A DNA stretch of 63,468 nucleotides, filler included, from Octopus bimaculoides (GCF_001194135.2; 6 parts of 6 records of this genome joined end to end with filler, not necessarily neighbours in it), one strand, 5' to 3'; shown: positions 40,878 to 52,249, counted from the first letter of the whole stretch. Numbers and translations are program-made. Notes: generated by a model from the letters alone, not told the origin.

Positions 40878-40890
40878 ACGCCATCTCCCT
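40440..40890. repeat. (CT)n array punctuated by TACGTCAT units
   Basis: 12 exact TACGTCAT copies plus 2 variants counted. Confidence 0.9.
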
Positions 40891-41039
40891 ACACACACAC
40901 ACTCCCTCGCTCTCTCTGTATCCAATATCCGTCTCTCTCACACTCTACGCAAGTAACAAACTGCCCCCTCCCTCGCACCCATTCATCGAGAACCCATTAA
41001 AATATCAATCAATAATTTCGATCACTTAACAGTCGTTTT

Positions 41040-41185
41040 CACAGTTCGAACTGCACCTCCTGCAGCCAGCCTGCATGGTATTGGTGCACCGTCGGATGTA
41101 CTTGCCCTCATTGTGTGGGATGGAAATGCCGAAGATCGATAGTTGAGTGGTGGTGAGCTTCAGGAGGAGGATCGAGGCCTTTATA
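41040..41185. other. GC-rich fragment with 3-periodic GC bias; possibly a decayed RTE-LINE piece or an exon
   Basis: The plus frame reads ...RRMYLPSLCGMEMPKIDS*VVVSFRRRIEAF, loosely like RTE PVxMYGCESWT...RRIDAF. Third codon positions are mostly G/C. Confidence 0.25.
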
Positions 41186-41207
41186 GGTTAATAGATAAAC
41201 AGACACT

Positions 41208-41247
<40 letters not shown>

Positions 41248-41339
41248 CACACACACACACAAACACTCACACACACACACAAACAGATAGGTAGAGAAAG
41301 AGGGGGACAGAGAGAGGAAGATAGATAAACAGATAAATG

Positions 41340-41397
<58 letters not shown>

Positions 41398-41466
41398 CAG
41401 ATAGACAGACAGACAGACAGACAGACAAACAAACAGACAGATAGATAGATAGATAAATAGATAGAG

Positions 41467-41517
<51 letters not shown>

Positions 41518-41708
41518 CAGACAAAATGACAGAGATGGGTGGATGGATAGTTCAATTTATACTTCATTCTTTCGCTTTCTGAGGAATGAGATAGAAAAGA
41601 GAAAACTGAAGTGTTATAGAAGCATAGATAGTTATATAAATAGATAAACAGAAAAACATCGATCAATTGATTACTCAATCAATCGACCTCCCAGTCCATA
41701 TATATATA

Positions 41709-41761
<53 letters not shown>

Positions 41762-43075
41762 NNNNNNNNNNNNNNNNNNNNNNNNNNNNNNNNNNNNNNN
41801 NNNNNNNNNNNNNNNNNNNNNNNNNNNNNNNNNNNNNNNNNNNNNNNNNNNNNNNNNNNNNNNNNNNNNNNNNNNNNNNNNNNNNNNNNNNNNNNNNNNN
41901 NNNNNNNNNNNNNNNNNNNNNNNNNNNNNNNNNNNNNNNNNNNNNNNNNNNNNNNNNNNNNNNNNNNNNNNNNNNNNNNNNNNNNNNNNNNNNNNNNNNN
42001 NNNNNNNNNNNNNNNNNNNNNNNNNNNNNNNNNNNNNNNNNNNNNNNNNNNNNNNNNNNNNNNNNNNNNNNNNNNNNNNNNNNNNNNNNNNNNNNNNNNN
42101 NNNNNNNNNNNNNNNNNNNNNNNNNNNNNNNNNNNNNNNNNNNNNNNNNNNNNNNNNNNNNNNNNNNNNNNNNNNNNNNNNNNNNNNNNNNNNNNNNNNN
42201 NNNNNNNNNNNNNNNNNNNNNNNNNNNNNNNNNNNNNNNNNNNNNNNNNNNNNNNNNNNNNNNNNNNNNNNNNNNNNNNNNNNNNNNNNNNNNNNNNNNN
42301 NNNNNNNNNNNNNNNNNNNNNNNNNNNNNNNNNNNNNNNNNNNNNNNNNNNNNNNNNNNNNNNNNNNNNNNNNNNNNNNNNNNNNNNNNNNNNNNNNNNN
42401 NNNNNNNNNNNNNNNNNNNNNNNNNNNNNNNNNNNNNNNNNNNNNNNNNNTATATATATATATATATATACTCTCTCACTTACGCACATATACATATAAG
42501 TATGTATGTATATACGTATGTATGTATGTATGTATGTATGTATGTATGTATGTATGTATTATATATGTCTGAATGAATGAATGTATGTATGTATGTATGC
42601 CTCTGTGTGTAGGGGGTGTAAATAAAGCATCTTCATTATCGTGTATATAAAATAAAATATATACAAAGAACACTCTATTTCCACCAAAAGATCCGCCTTC
42701 CTTTTTCAAGATCGATACATACACACACATGTACATGCATACATACATATATGTATGTACATATATATTTGCGTGTGTGTGTGTGTGTGTGTATATATAT
42801 GTATATATATATATATANNNNNNNNNNNNNNNNNNNNNNNNNNNNNNNNNNNNNNNNNNNNNNNNNNNNNNNNNNNNNNNNNNNNNNNNNNNNNNNNNNN
42901 NNNNNNNNNNNNNNNNNNNNNNNNNNNNNNNNNNNNNNNNNNNNNNNNNNNNNNNNNNNNNNNNNNNNNNNNNNNNNNNNNNNNNNNNNNNNNNNNNNNN
43001 NNNNNNNNNNNNNNNNNNNNNNNNNNNNNNNNNNNNNNNNNNNNNNNNNNNNNNNNNNNNNNNNNNNNNNNNNNN

Positions 43076-43138
<63 letters not shown>

Positions 43139-43143
43139 TAGTG

Positions 43144-43197
<54 letters not shown>

Positions 43198-43524
43198 TCA
43201 TCATCATCATTATCCTAATCATTATTATTATCATCATCATGTGGTTGTGATGATGAGCAGGAGGAGGAGGAGGGGCAGGCGAAGTAGTAGAGAAGATGGT
43301 GGTTGATTTTCCAGCTTGTTTGTACTCCACCTCAACTCTGATGACCAGCTATATATATATATAAGTAGATAGGCTTTTCTATTCCTAGCCCTTCGTTACG
43401 GCTGACAAGACTGTCAACCACGTTGTTATACGTTAATACATGTATATAATATATTCCCTCACATTTCAACTACCTACTTGCCAATTTACCCTATCCCAGT
43501 TATACGAGCTAAAGGACCCTTTAC

Positions 43525-43574
43525 CGTTTGTTCTGCAATAGTAGCCGAGTGTCCTTCAACTCAATCCTTACAAG
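43525..43574 (-). CDS. Candidate internal coding exon (LVRIELKDTRLLLQNKR)
   Basis: Acceptor TTACATCTCTTTTTAAAG, donor CG|GTAAAG. Only the phase 0 to phase 2 frame is open; coiled-coil-like composition. Confidence 0.35.
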
Positions 43575-44577
43575 CTTTAAAAAGAGATGTAATACTATAA
43601 ACTATATAAAAGACTTCTTCCAGCCAGCTGGCTTATGAGGCCAGAGCTTCATTTCAAATGTAGTCTAGTAGTAAACACACGTACATTGTAATGATCATCT
43701 GCAAGAAATGAAACCGGTTTGAAATCATATAGTTTGAAATATTTTCGTAATTATGGACTTTGAAGAGTTTAATAAGCAAGTTGGAAATTATTTGAAAGCA
43801 CTTTGGCAACCGTAATCTTGGAATGATTTAATTATGGCAATTTATTTTGAATTTGATCTGATACTTTGGAAAATGTAACGATGTCTTGCGAAACTCTGTT
43901 TTTCAATGTACATTATTGTAGATTGGAATGATTTGACTAATAATATATTTTGAAATTAATCCATCGCAATATAAAAGGAAAAACGCAATCTTCCATGTTG
44001 AAGTTCCGCCTTTGGCTTGGAACAAATCAATTTCTGTTGAGAACTGGATATTCTCAGCCTGTATCTGTCCCTCCTCTGTCTGTATATCTCTCTCTCTCCC
44101 AATCTCTCTCTCGCGCGAGCGAGACCTCTTTCCACAGATATACAGATATATATACACATTACAGACATACACACACATACTTATATGTGCATACGTTTAT
44201 ATATATAATCGCTCTCATTCTCTCTCTATCTATCTATCTATCTCTATCCCTCCCTCTCTCTATCCCTCTCTCTCTCTATCCCTCTCTCTCTCTATATATA
44301 TATATCACTCTCTCTCTCTAGCTCTCTCTGTCTTTATCTCTCTATGTATATAAATCTCACTCTCTTTCGCTCACTCTCTCTTCTGCGCTCTCATACACAA
44401 ATATTTTCTCCTCACTCTCTTTCTACTCTCTGTCTGTTAGCGTTTCTTCTTCTTCTTCTTCTTCTTCTCCTCCTGTCCCTCCCCTCCCCTCTCTCTCTTT
44501 CTAATATATATACATATACATATATGTGGTGTGTGTGTCAATGTGTAAGTACTTGCCTTTGCTTTTACGCAGACACA

Positions 44578-44622
<45 letters not shown>

Positions 44623-44624
<2 letters not shown>

Positions 44625-45532
44625 CGAGGTCTGATCAATAAGTATCCGGACTGTTTCCATAGTAACGAAGCTAAAGCGAGTAGAATAAAGCCGTTTGGCA
44701 CAGATTGACCCAGAATTCTGCTGCATATGCGTACTAAGATTTAACCTTCTAGCTCACTTCCGCTGTTTACAGTAGTGTTTGGAAAGATAATGCGTAGCGA
44801 GTGATCATCACATTTACCGTGACAGAGAAGGTTGTCATGGTGATACCTGCTTAGAGACCTGCACAAAGTTGCAGAAAGTGTATGGAGAAAAGTGTATGAT
44901 CCGCACGCAAGTGTACGAGTGGTTCAGACGTTTCCAAGATGGCCGAAAACTGTCGATATTGACGTAAGTTATGGGAGACCCGCGACCAGCAGAACTGAGA
45001 AAAACATCGCATATGTTCGTGCAGCTGTGATGGAAAATCATCCAATCACCATCTGTGAGTTTTCAGAAGATGTGCAGATTAGTTACGGTTCGGTCCACTC
45101 CATTATTACTGGAGATTTGGGTATGAGACGCGTGTCTGCCAAGTTTGTGCCAAAACTGTTTTCAGCAGACCAAAAGGACACACGTTTTTCAGTTGCACAA
45201 GGTCTCCATAATTGTGTTGAGAACGATGAAAACTGTCTGAAAACTTTGGCCTCTGAGTAGGTATCGCCAAGCTTTTGGCAAAATTTGGTGCAGATTCTCC
45301 GCTGAACTTTCTCTTTCATGTTCAATTTGACGATCACACACTTCACACCTCCCTTCCAAGCACTGCTGTAAACAGCGGAAGTGAACTAGAACGTTCAAAC
45401 TTAGTGCGCATGCACAGCAGAGTTCAAGGTCAATCTGTTCCATGCGGCTTCACGTTTCGTGCTTTAGCTTCCTTAGTATGGTAACAGTTCGGGTACTTAN
45501 NNNNNNNNNGTACTTATTGATTAGGCCACGTA
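44623..45532 (+). mobile_element. Non-autonomous mariner with truncated transposase and long inverted arms
   Basis: TIRs TACGAGGTCTGATCAATAAGTATCCGGACTG / CAGTTCGGGTACTTA..TTGATTAGGCCACGTA, with TA at both ends. It encodes HTH KLQKVYGEKCMIRTQVYEWFRRFQDGR and, after a frameshift, GRPATSRTEKNI...LGMRRVSAKFVPKL. There is no DDD domain. Confidence 0.9.
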
Positions 45533-45602
45533 TATACGTACATACATACACATAAACAGACACACACACACACATACACACACACACACATACATACATA
45601 CA

Positions 45603-45633
<31 letters not shown>

Positions 45634-46138
45634 TTGTCAGTATAATTTATTTCTAGACCGTGTATACATGGTCTAGACTATTGTTTGAAAATTGATAAAC
45701 GTAATTTAATATTGATATACGCAATTTCGTATTCATAAGTATATATATATATTTTTTTTTTTTTTGTATTTTGTGAAAATTATGTCTAATTGAATGTTAG
45801 TAATCAATATTGATTTTTAAAATGTGCGATATCAATAGATATATATGTGATTGAGTTGGTGGCGAATCGATGGAAACAGCAGTGATGCGTCGGATTTAGT
45901 GTCATGTATTTAGTAGCACCATTCTGAGTTCAAAGCTTTTCGAACTTGCATATCATTTTCTTAGGGGCCAATTTAAAGAGGGATTGATATCGTAGTCATG
46001 CGCAGTTCGCTTTTCCTACCTACAGAAAAGCACCATTCCTATATTCTGCAAAAATCTTAAGGAAGGTTCTTGAGATCTGAGGAGTCTTGTTACCTAACAT
46101 CAATATTTCTTACTAGCGAAGTAAATTAACATGCACTA

Positions 46139-46222
<84 letters not shown>

Positions 46223-46233
46223 TATTGTTAATG

Positions 46234-46264
<31 letters not shown>

Positions 46265-46298
46265 TGATGATAATAATAATAATAATAATATTAATAAT

Positions 46299-46380
46299 AA
46301 AGCAGTTTTGGTCGATGAAAAAGGTAGCAGTAGTACCAATAATTGTCGGAGCGCTGGGAACTGTGAGCAAAGAAATATAT
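46299..46380 (+). mobile_element. RLE non-LTR retrotransposon (R4/Dong-like) endonuclease C-terminal fragment
   Basis: KQFWSMKKVAVVPIIVGALGTVSKE matches the RLE VVPIIIGALG motif; it directly follows (AAT)n. Confidence 0.7.
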
Positions 46381-46494
46381 TATGCATGTATGTATACATA
46401 TTATGCATGTATGTATGTGTGTATGTATGTATGTATGTATTCATGTATGTATGTATGCATGTGTGTATGTATGTATGTATGCATGTATGTATAT

Positions 46495-46645
46495 ACGACA
46501 GGATTCTTTCAATTTCCATCTACCAAATCCACTCACACGGCTTTGGTGGCCTGAGGCTAAAGTAGAAGACACTTGTTCGCTGTGCCACGTGGTGAGTCTG
46601 AAACTGGAGCCATGTGGTTGGGAAGCAAACTTCTTACTACGCAGC
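46495..46645 (-). mobile_element. SINE, family A
   Basis: TACGACAGGATTCTTTCAATTTCCATCTACCAAATCCACTCAC...; adjoins (TATG)n. Confidence 0.85.
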
Positions 46646-46653
46646 TACACACA

Positions 46654-46699
<46 letters not shown>

Positions 46700-46724
46700 T
46701 GCACATATGCATATATACATATAG

Positions 46725-47345
46725 TATAAAAACCACAGAAAGCTTTGTGAAATAGAGTTACCCAGGGTTCCGTGGCCGAAATATTAATTTGTTTCGACAG
46801 CTATCACGCTGGTAAAAACAACAAGGCGGTTTAGTAACTGCGTTAGATGTAATCGGCACTTGAATGAACACGTGCATTTAGAAAAAGACAGAGAGAAACG
46901 TATGGAGAAGAGCGTCAGCTACAATATCAAATGTACCATATGCTCCCTTGAAAAACTACATCTTCGAAAAGATCTTAAGAACCTCCAGTGACTGTAAAAT
47001 ATCAGGAGTGAGATATTTTCTCAATGTCCACATTTTACAAAATACATCTTAGCGGAAATTAAGGATAAACCAACGGTCAAATCATAAACCATTCCATTGT
47101 TGATCTTGTAAGTTCTGATATTCGTAAGACACCGCTTATATTTGCTGTGAAGTTAATTATCTACCCTGTGTGGGTGTCTGTCTTTTTTAAATGCGTCTGC
47201 TCATCTACGCGTCGATTGTAACTAACGCAGTTATCAAACCGCCTTGTTGTTTTTACCAGCTTGATATATTGCGAAATAAACTAATATTTCGGGTGGGAAA
47301 CCCTGGGCAATTCGTATTTCACAAGGCATTTTGTAGTTTTTATAA
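46725..47345. mobile_element. Fold-back/MITE-like element with ~170-bp inverted arms
   Basis: 46725-46892 is the reverse complement of ~47175-47345, e.g. GCTGGTAAAAACAACAAGGCGGTTT / AAACCGCCTTGTTGTTTTACCAGC. Confidence 0.8.
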
Positions 47346-47408
47346 TAACATCTTTATTGTCTTAATTAATCGAGTGCAATATTACTTGTTGAAAAGCATA
47401 CCACACAG

Positions 47409-47440
<32 letters not shown>

Positions 47441-47603
47441 CACGCACACATATATATGCATGCATACACACATACATACATACATACATACATACATACA
47501 TGCATGTAAACACAAATATTATATATATGCAAATATGTATGTATATGTATGTATATATATGTATTATATGTATCTACGTATATATATATATGTATATATA
47601 TAT

Positions 47604-47703
47604 NNNNNNNNNNNNNNNNNNNNNNNNNNNNNNNNNNNNNNNNNNNNTTAATTAATTAANNNNNNNNNNNNNNNNNNNNNNNNNNNNNNNNNNNNNNNNN
47701 NNN
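47604..47703. other. Artificial scaffold-join spacer
   Basis: 44 N + TTAATTAATTAA (47648-47659) + 44 N. Confidence 0.95.
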
Positions 47704-47833
47704 TTTTTTATGACAAATTCCAAAATGGATCAACACCCTCTTCGTCACCCAATCTTGCTGTCTAAAAGTGAAAATGAACGGCTGTTTTGTCCGTTTCCGC
47801 ATGCGTAGATTTATAGCAAAAGAACAAAAGGAC

Positions 47834-47958
47834 CACGGCATGTGAAGCCCTCACGGCATGTGAGGCCCTCACGGCATGTGAAGCCCTCACGGCATGTGAG
47901 GCCCTCACGGCATGTGAGGCTCTCACGGCATGTGAAGCCCTCACGGCATGTGAAGCCC
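47834..47958. repeat. 18-bp GC-rich minisatellite, 7 copies
   Basis: Unit CACGGCATGTGA(A/G)GC(C/T)CT. Confidence 0.95.
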
Positions 47959-48216
47959 ACTTGATGTGCTAAACATAACAGCTAAATGTCTGGAGATTTT
48001 TTTTGTGCTTGCGTATGCGTGCGTGCAACAATTTCTACAGCTTACCTGAATGAACAGATTAAAAGAAGTACACAGAAATATATTTTACATACCTGTCGTA
48101 TGGGTTTGTTTTTTTGTTAACGGGTCTCAAACTTTATCTTGACCCTTAATTTGTTATTAGACAGAGTATATCCAAATAAAAAAGAAAGTCACGGACAGAA
48201 GGCTTTAGATGATAGG

Positions 48217-48591
48217 CCGAGTGAATTGCTGGCACTCCGTCGCTTACGACGTCGAGGGTTCCAGTTGATCCGATCAACGGAACAGCCTGCTCGTGAAATT
48301 AACGTGCAAGTGGCTGAGCACTCCACAGACACGTGTGCCCTTTACGTAGTTCTTAGGGAGATTCAGAGTGACTCAGAATGTGACAAGGCTGGACCTTTGA
48401 ATTACAGGCACAACAGAAACAGGAAGTAAGAGTGAGATAAAGTTGTGGTGAAAGAGTACAGCAGGGTTCGCCCCCATCCCCTACCGGAGCCTCGTGGAGC
48501 TTTTAGGTGTTTTCGCTCAATAAACACTCACAACGCCCGGTCTGGGAATCGAAACCGCGATCCTATGACCGCGAGTCCACCCGAGTGAATT
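48217..48591 (-). mobile_element. 5'-truncated SINE, family B, with an 11-bp target-site duplication
   Basis: CCGAGTGAATT flanks both ends (48217-48227 and 48581-48591). Confidence 0.9.
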
Positions 48592-49104
48592 ACAACTGAT
48601 CTAAACAACACTAAAGACATCTTCTAAGTAATTAAAAGGCGATGGGTTTAAATGAAGAAAACGATGACGCTAAGTCAACCTTCATAGACGCCATCTTTTC
48701 ATTCAGACCATTGACTATATTGACGCTAATTTATTGACACTAATTTATTCAACGTTTCCATTTTTTTCAACCTTTCTTTCTTTCTTTCTCTCTTTCTTTG
48801 ATTCTGTCATTATTCATATCTTTCCATCATTGTTATATGTATATTTTTCCTTTCTTTATTCAAGGGGAAGCAGATATGACTGTTTTTTTTTCTAGCAGGG
48901 AGAAAGACCACATACCCCTCCCTTCAAATACGAATATCTGGTTGTTTTCCCTTAAAAGTGAAAAAAAAAAAACCATAATAAAAATTATTTCCGTTAGTAT
49001 CAGAAATTACTTCCCCTAATATTATTTTCCCATTCGACATTGTTTGATCATTTATTGCAAAACAGAATATAAAATATTTCTGTAAGAAAATCGTAATTCT
49101 TCTA

Positions 49105-49525
49105 AAAAGCAAAGCTTGTTTCTTTGTTTCTACGTTGGCCGCTGAAAACACTAAATAAAATCGACAATATTATAGGTTTTCCGTGTCATTTAAATTAATT
49201 TGACCATTCTGCAGATAATTGTGCACTTATTTTCCGAAAATGGATTGCTGGGGAGGGCGACTTGGTGGTGCATTGGCTCTTATTTCTAGCAATCTACGTA
49301 CTGCCTATTTCACAGTGTTGTCTATATACCCTTATAAAAAGCAAAGCTTGTTTGTTTCTACATTGACCGCTGAAAACACTTAATAAAGTTGGTAGTATTT
49401 CAAGTTCTTTGTGTCATTTAAATTAATTTGACCATTCCGCAGATAACTGTGCACGTATTTTCTGAAAACGGAATCGGTGGCACAACTTGGTGGTGTATTG
49501 GCTCCTGTTTTTAGCAATCCATGTC
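49105..49525. repeat. Diverged ~200-bp tandem duplication
   Basis: AAAAGCAAAGCTTGTTT...GTGTCATTTAAATTAATTTGACCATT...CTTGGTGGTG...TAGCAATC occurs twice (~49105 and ~49336). Confidence 0.85.
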
Positions 49526-49727
49526 TATGTCACGGTAATGCTTTTTACAGATTGAAAAAATACTCCACCTATCACTCAATCCTTTTCTACTCAAGGCACA
49601 AGGCCCGAAATTTTGTGGAGAGTGGGCCAGTCGATTAGATCTATCCCACTACGCAACTGGTGCTTAATTTATCGATCTCGGAAGGATGAAAGGCAAACAA
49701 ATAAGACAGAGTGGGGATGGAGGTAGC

Positions 49728-50270
49728 AAGGTCTATAAATCTATCGACAAAGTTGAGAACGCTACAATTCATTATCCTGTTGAATTCCTCAATAGTCTGT
49801 AACCATCCAGAATAACGCTACACAACCTTGAATTGAAGAAGGGCGCAGCCATCATGCTTCTCAGAAACCTATATCAAGCGAAGGCGGCGAGCTGGCAGAG
49901 TGGTTAGCACGCCGAGCGAAATGCTTAACGGTATTTCGTCTGCCGCTACGTTCTGAGTTCAAATTCCGCCGAGGTCGACTTTGCCTTTCATCCTTTCGGG
50001 GTCGATTAAATAAGTACCAGTTACGCACTGGGATCGATATAATCGACTTAATCCCTTTGTCTGTCCTCGTTTGTCCCCTCTATGTTTAGCCCCTTGTGGG
50101 CAATAAAGAAACTTAGATTAGCCAAGATTTTGCAATGGTACACATATGGTTGTGACTGAACTATATCCTCACATTATCAAAGCAAAAATCCTCACCGGAT
50201 GTGGTTAGGGAGACATTGTATTTATACCTAAGATGCCAATAGATGTCCCCTTTTGTTTCGAACGATTGCA
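49728..50270 (+). mobile_element. Helitron PIF1-helicase fragment interrupted by a SINE
   Basis: KSIDKVENATIHYPVEFLNSL*PSRITLHNLELKKGAAIMLLRNL [SINE] CNGTHMVVTELYPHIIKAKILTGCG*GDIVFIP matches the Helitron YPxEFLNSL...LKVGAPIMLLRNL...CNGT...ILTG motif. Confidence 0.85.
49881..50111 (+). mobile_element. Full-length young SINE, family C (Nin/Deu-like core), tail type 1
   Basis: AAGGCGGCGAGCTGGCAGAG...GAGTTCAAATTCC...GCCTTTCATCCTTTCGGGGTCGAT...AATAAAGAAA. Confidence 0.92.
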
Positions 50271-50794
50271 GTGAGAGTCACTTACCCATTAGGGCTGAAA
50301 AGCTCCAATGCTATTGTTAAAGCACATAATAGTATACATATGTACTGACAGGGACCGTAATTGCCCGAAAGCACCGATCGAGAATTCTCTATACTGATCG
50401 GTCAGTTTGGCTAATTCCGTAGCCTCATCAGTAGAGACCGCCCGACTCGGCTCATTCCGGACTTGCTTCTCCGTCAGTACATATGTATATGTACCGACAT
50501 ATGTCTATGTCATGGCAGTTGGTTGGTGGAGAGGTCGGATATGTCATGGCAGTCGGTTGGAGGAGATATGTCATGGTAACCGGTTGTCGTGTCAAACATA
50601 AATAAAGTGGAAGTACACCAAAATAAACATTATTTTCCCCGCTTATTGTTTTATTTCGTTTTGAAAAATAAACTTACGCATTGACCATTAACAAGTCCCA
50701 CGGTCAAACACTGCAGGTCGTCAGTGTCAATCTCGAAGAGAGCCGTTTCTGACTTGGTCAATTGTATGTAGGTTGTTCCAAAGTAGGAAGCTCA

Positions 50795-50953
50795 CAGGAG
50801 TGGCTGTGTGGGAAAGTGGGTTGCTTACGAACCACATAGTTCCGGGTTGAGTCCCACTGCGTGGCACCTTGGGCAAGTGTCTTCTACTATCGCCTCGGGC
50901 CGACCAAAGCCATGTGAGTTGATTTGGTAGACAGAAATTGAAAGAAGCCCGTC

Positions 50954-51026
<73 letters not shown>

Positions 51027-51180
51027 CGTGTATATATGTTTGTGTTCCCCCACCCCCAACATCGCTTGACAACCGATGCTGGTGTGTTTACGTCCCCGTA
51101 ACTTATCGGTTCGGCAAAAGAAACCGATAAAAGCGGTGCTCCAGCATGGCCACAGTCAAATGACTGAAACAAGTAAAAGA
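50795..51180 (+). mobile_element. Full-length SINE, family A, with internal (TA)n and 3' module
   Basis: Head and core to GAAGCCCGTCG, then (TA)n, then CAACATCGCTTGACAACCGATGCTGGTGTG...CAGCATGGCCACAGTCAAATGACTG. Confidence 0.9.
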
Positions 51181-51737
51181 GTGAAAGATATATGCTCAAA
51201 AGAAAAAAGTTTAAAACGTTGTATACACAGAAGCTCTGTAAATGTTTTATAATTTTCGTGCAATACGTTTCGCGGTTATTATTCATATTAATTTCTGTAT
51301 TTAGTAATGTTACAACGTGAATCTCTATCAGAGGTTTTAAAACCAGCTACTTTAGCGTGTTTCTGTATTTAGATATTCTAAATAAAATTGTAAAATCATG
51401 TTACGCAACATTTAAATGCTTTTAAACAGCTTCTGTTGTAAAGAAAATGGCCATTACGATAAATGTTAATACGTGCCTTATGAATACATTTCAACATCAT
51501 ACAAACCGGGTCGAAGGCCCGATAGTATTTTATATATTGTGATAGCGTTAAAAACTCAGTTGTAATATTAGTAGATAAAGAAATACTACATGTATTTTAT
51601 ATATTATATATATTATTTATATTTGTCTCTCTTTTCAAACTTCCAAGCAATATTTACGATAAAGCGCATGTGTATATAACATGTAAGATATATGATGTAC
51701 AAACGTACATACATTTGAACAGAGGTACATACACACA

Positions 51738-51922
51738 CAGGAGTGGCTGTGTGGTAAGTAGCTTGCTTACGAACCGCATGCTCCCGGGTTCAGTCCCACT
51801 GCGTGGCACCTTGGGCAGTTGTCTTCTATTATAGCCTCGGGCTGATCAAACGATCAAAGCCTTGTGAGTGGATTTCGTAGACGGAAACTGAAAGAAGCCC
51901 GTCGTATGTATGTATATGTATG

Positions 51923-51963
<41 letters not shown>
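51738..51963 (+). mobile_element. SINE, family A, running into (TA)n and the join
   Basis: Same head and core as 50795. Confidence 0.9.
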
Positions 51964-52063
51964 NNNNNNNNNNNNNNNNNNNNNNNNNNNNNNNNNNNNN
52001 NNNNNNNTTAATTAATTAANNNNNNNNNNNNNNNNNNNNNNNNNNNNNNNNNNNNNNNNNNNN
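51964..52063. other. Artificial scaffold-join spacer
   Basis: 44 N + TTAATTAATTAA (52008-52019) + 44 N. Confidence 0.95.
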
Positions 52064-52104
<41 letters not shown>

Positions 52105-52249
52105 GAAGAAGAAGAAGAAGAAGAAGAAGAAGAAGGGAGAAAGAGGGAGAGAAATTAATGTAGAGGGAGGAAAAGAAAGAGAGAGAGAGTGTGTGTGTAC
52201 GTGTGTGTGTGAGTTTGAATAAGTTTTGGTCAGTATAGTTGACATAATC

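Noticed and set aside
47762-47944. ORF with RASHAV repeats; array superficially like a CRISPR
   Set aside because: It is the translation of an 18-bp tandem minisatellite with no spacers, no cas genes, and a eukaryotic context.
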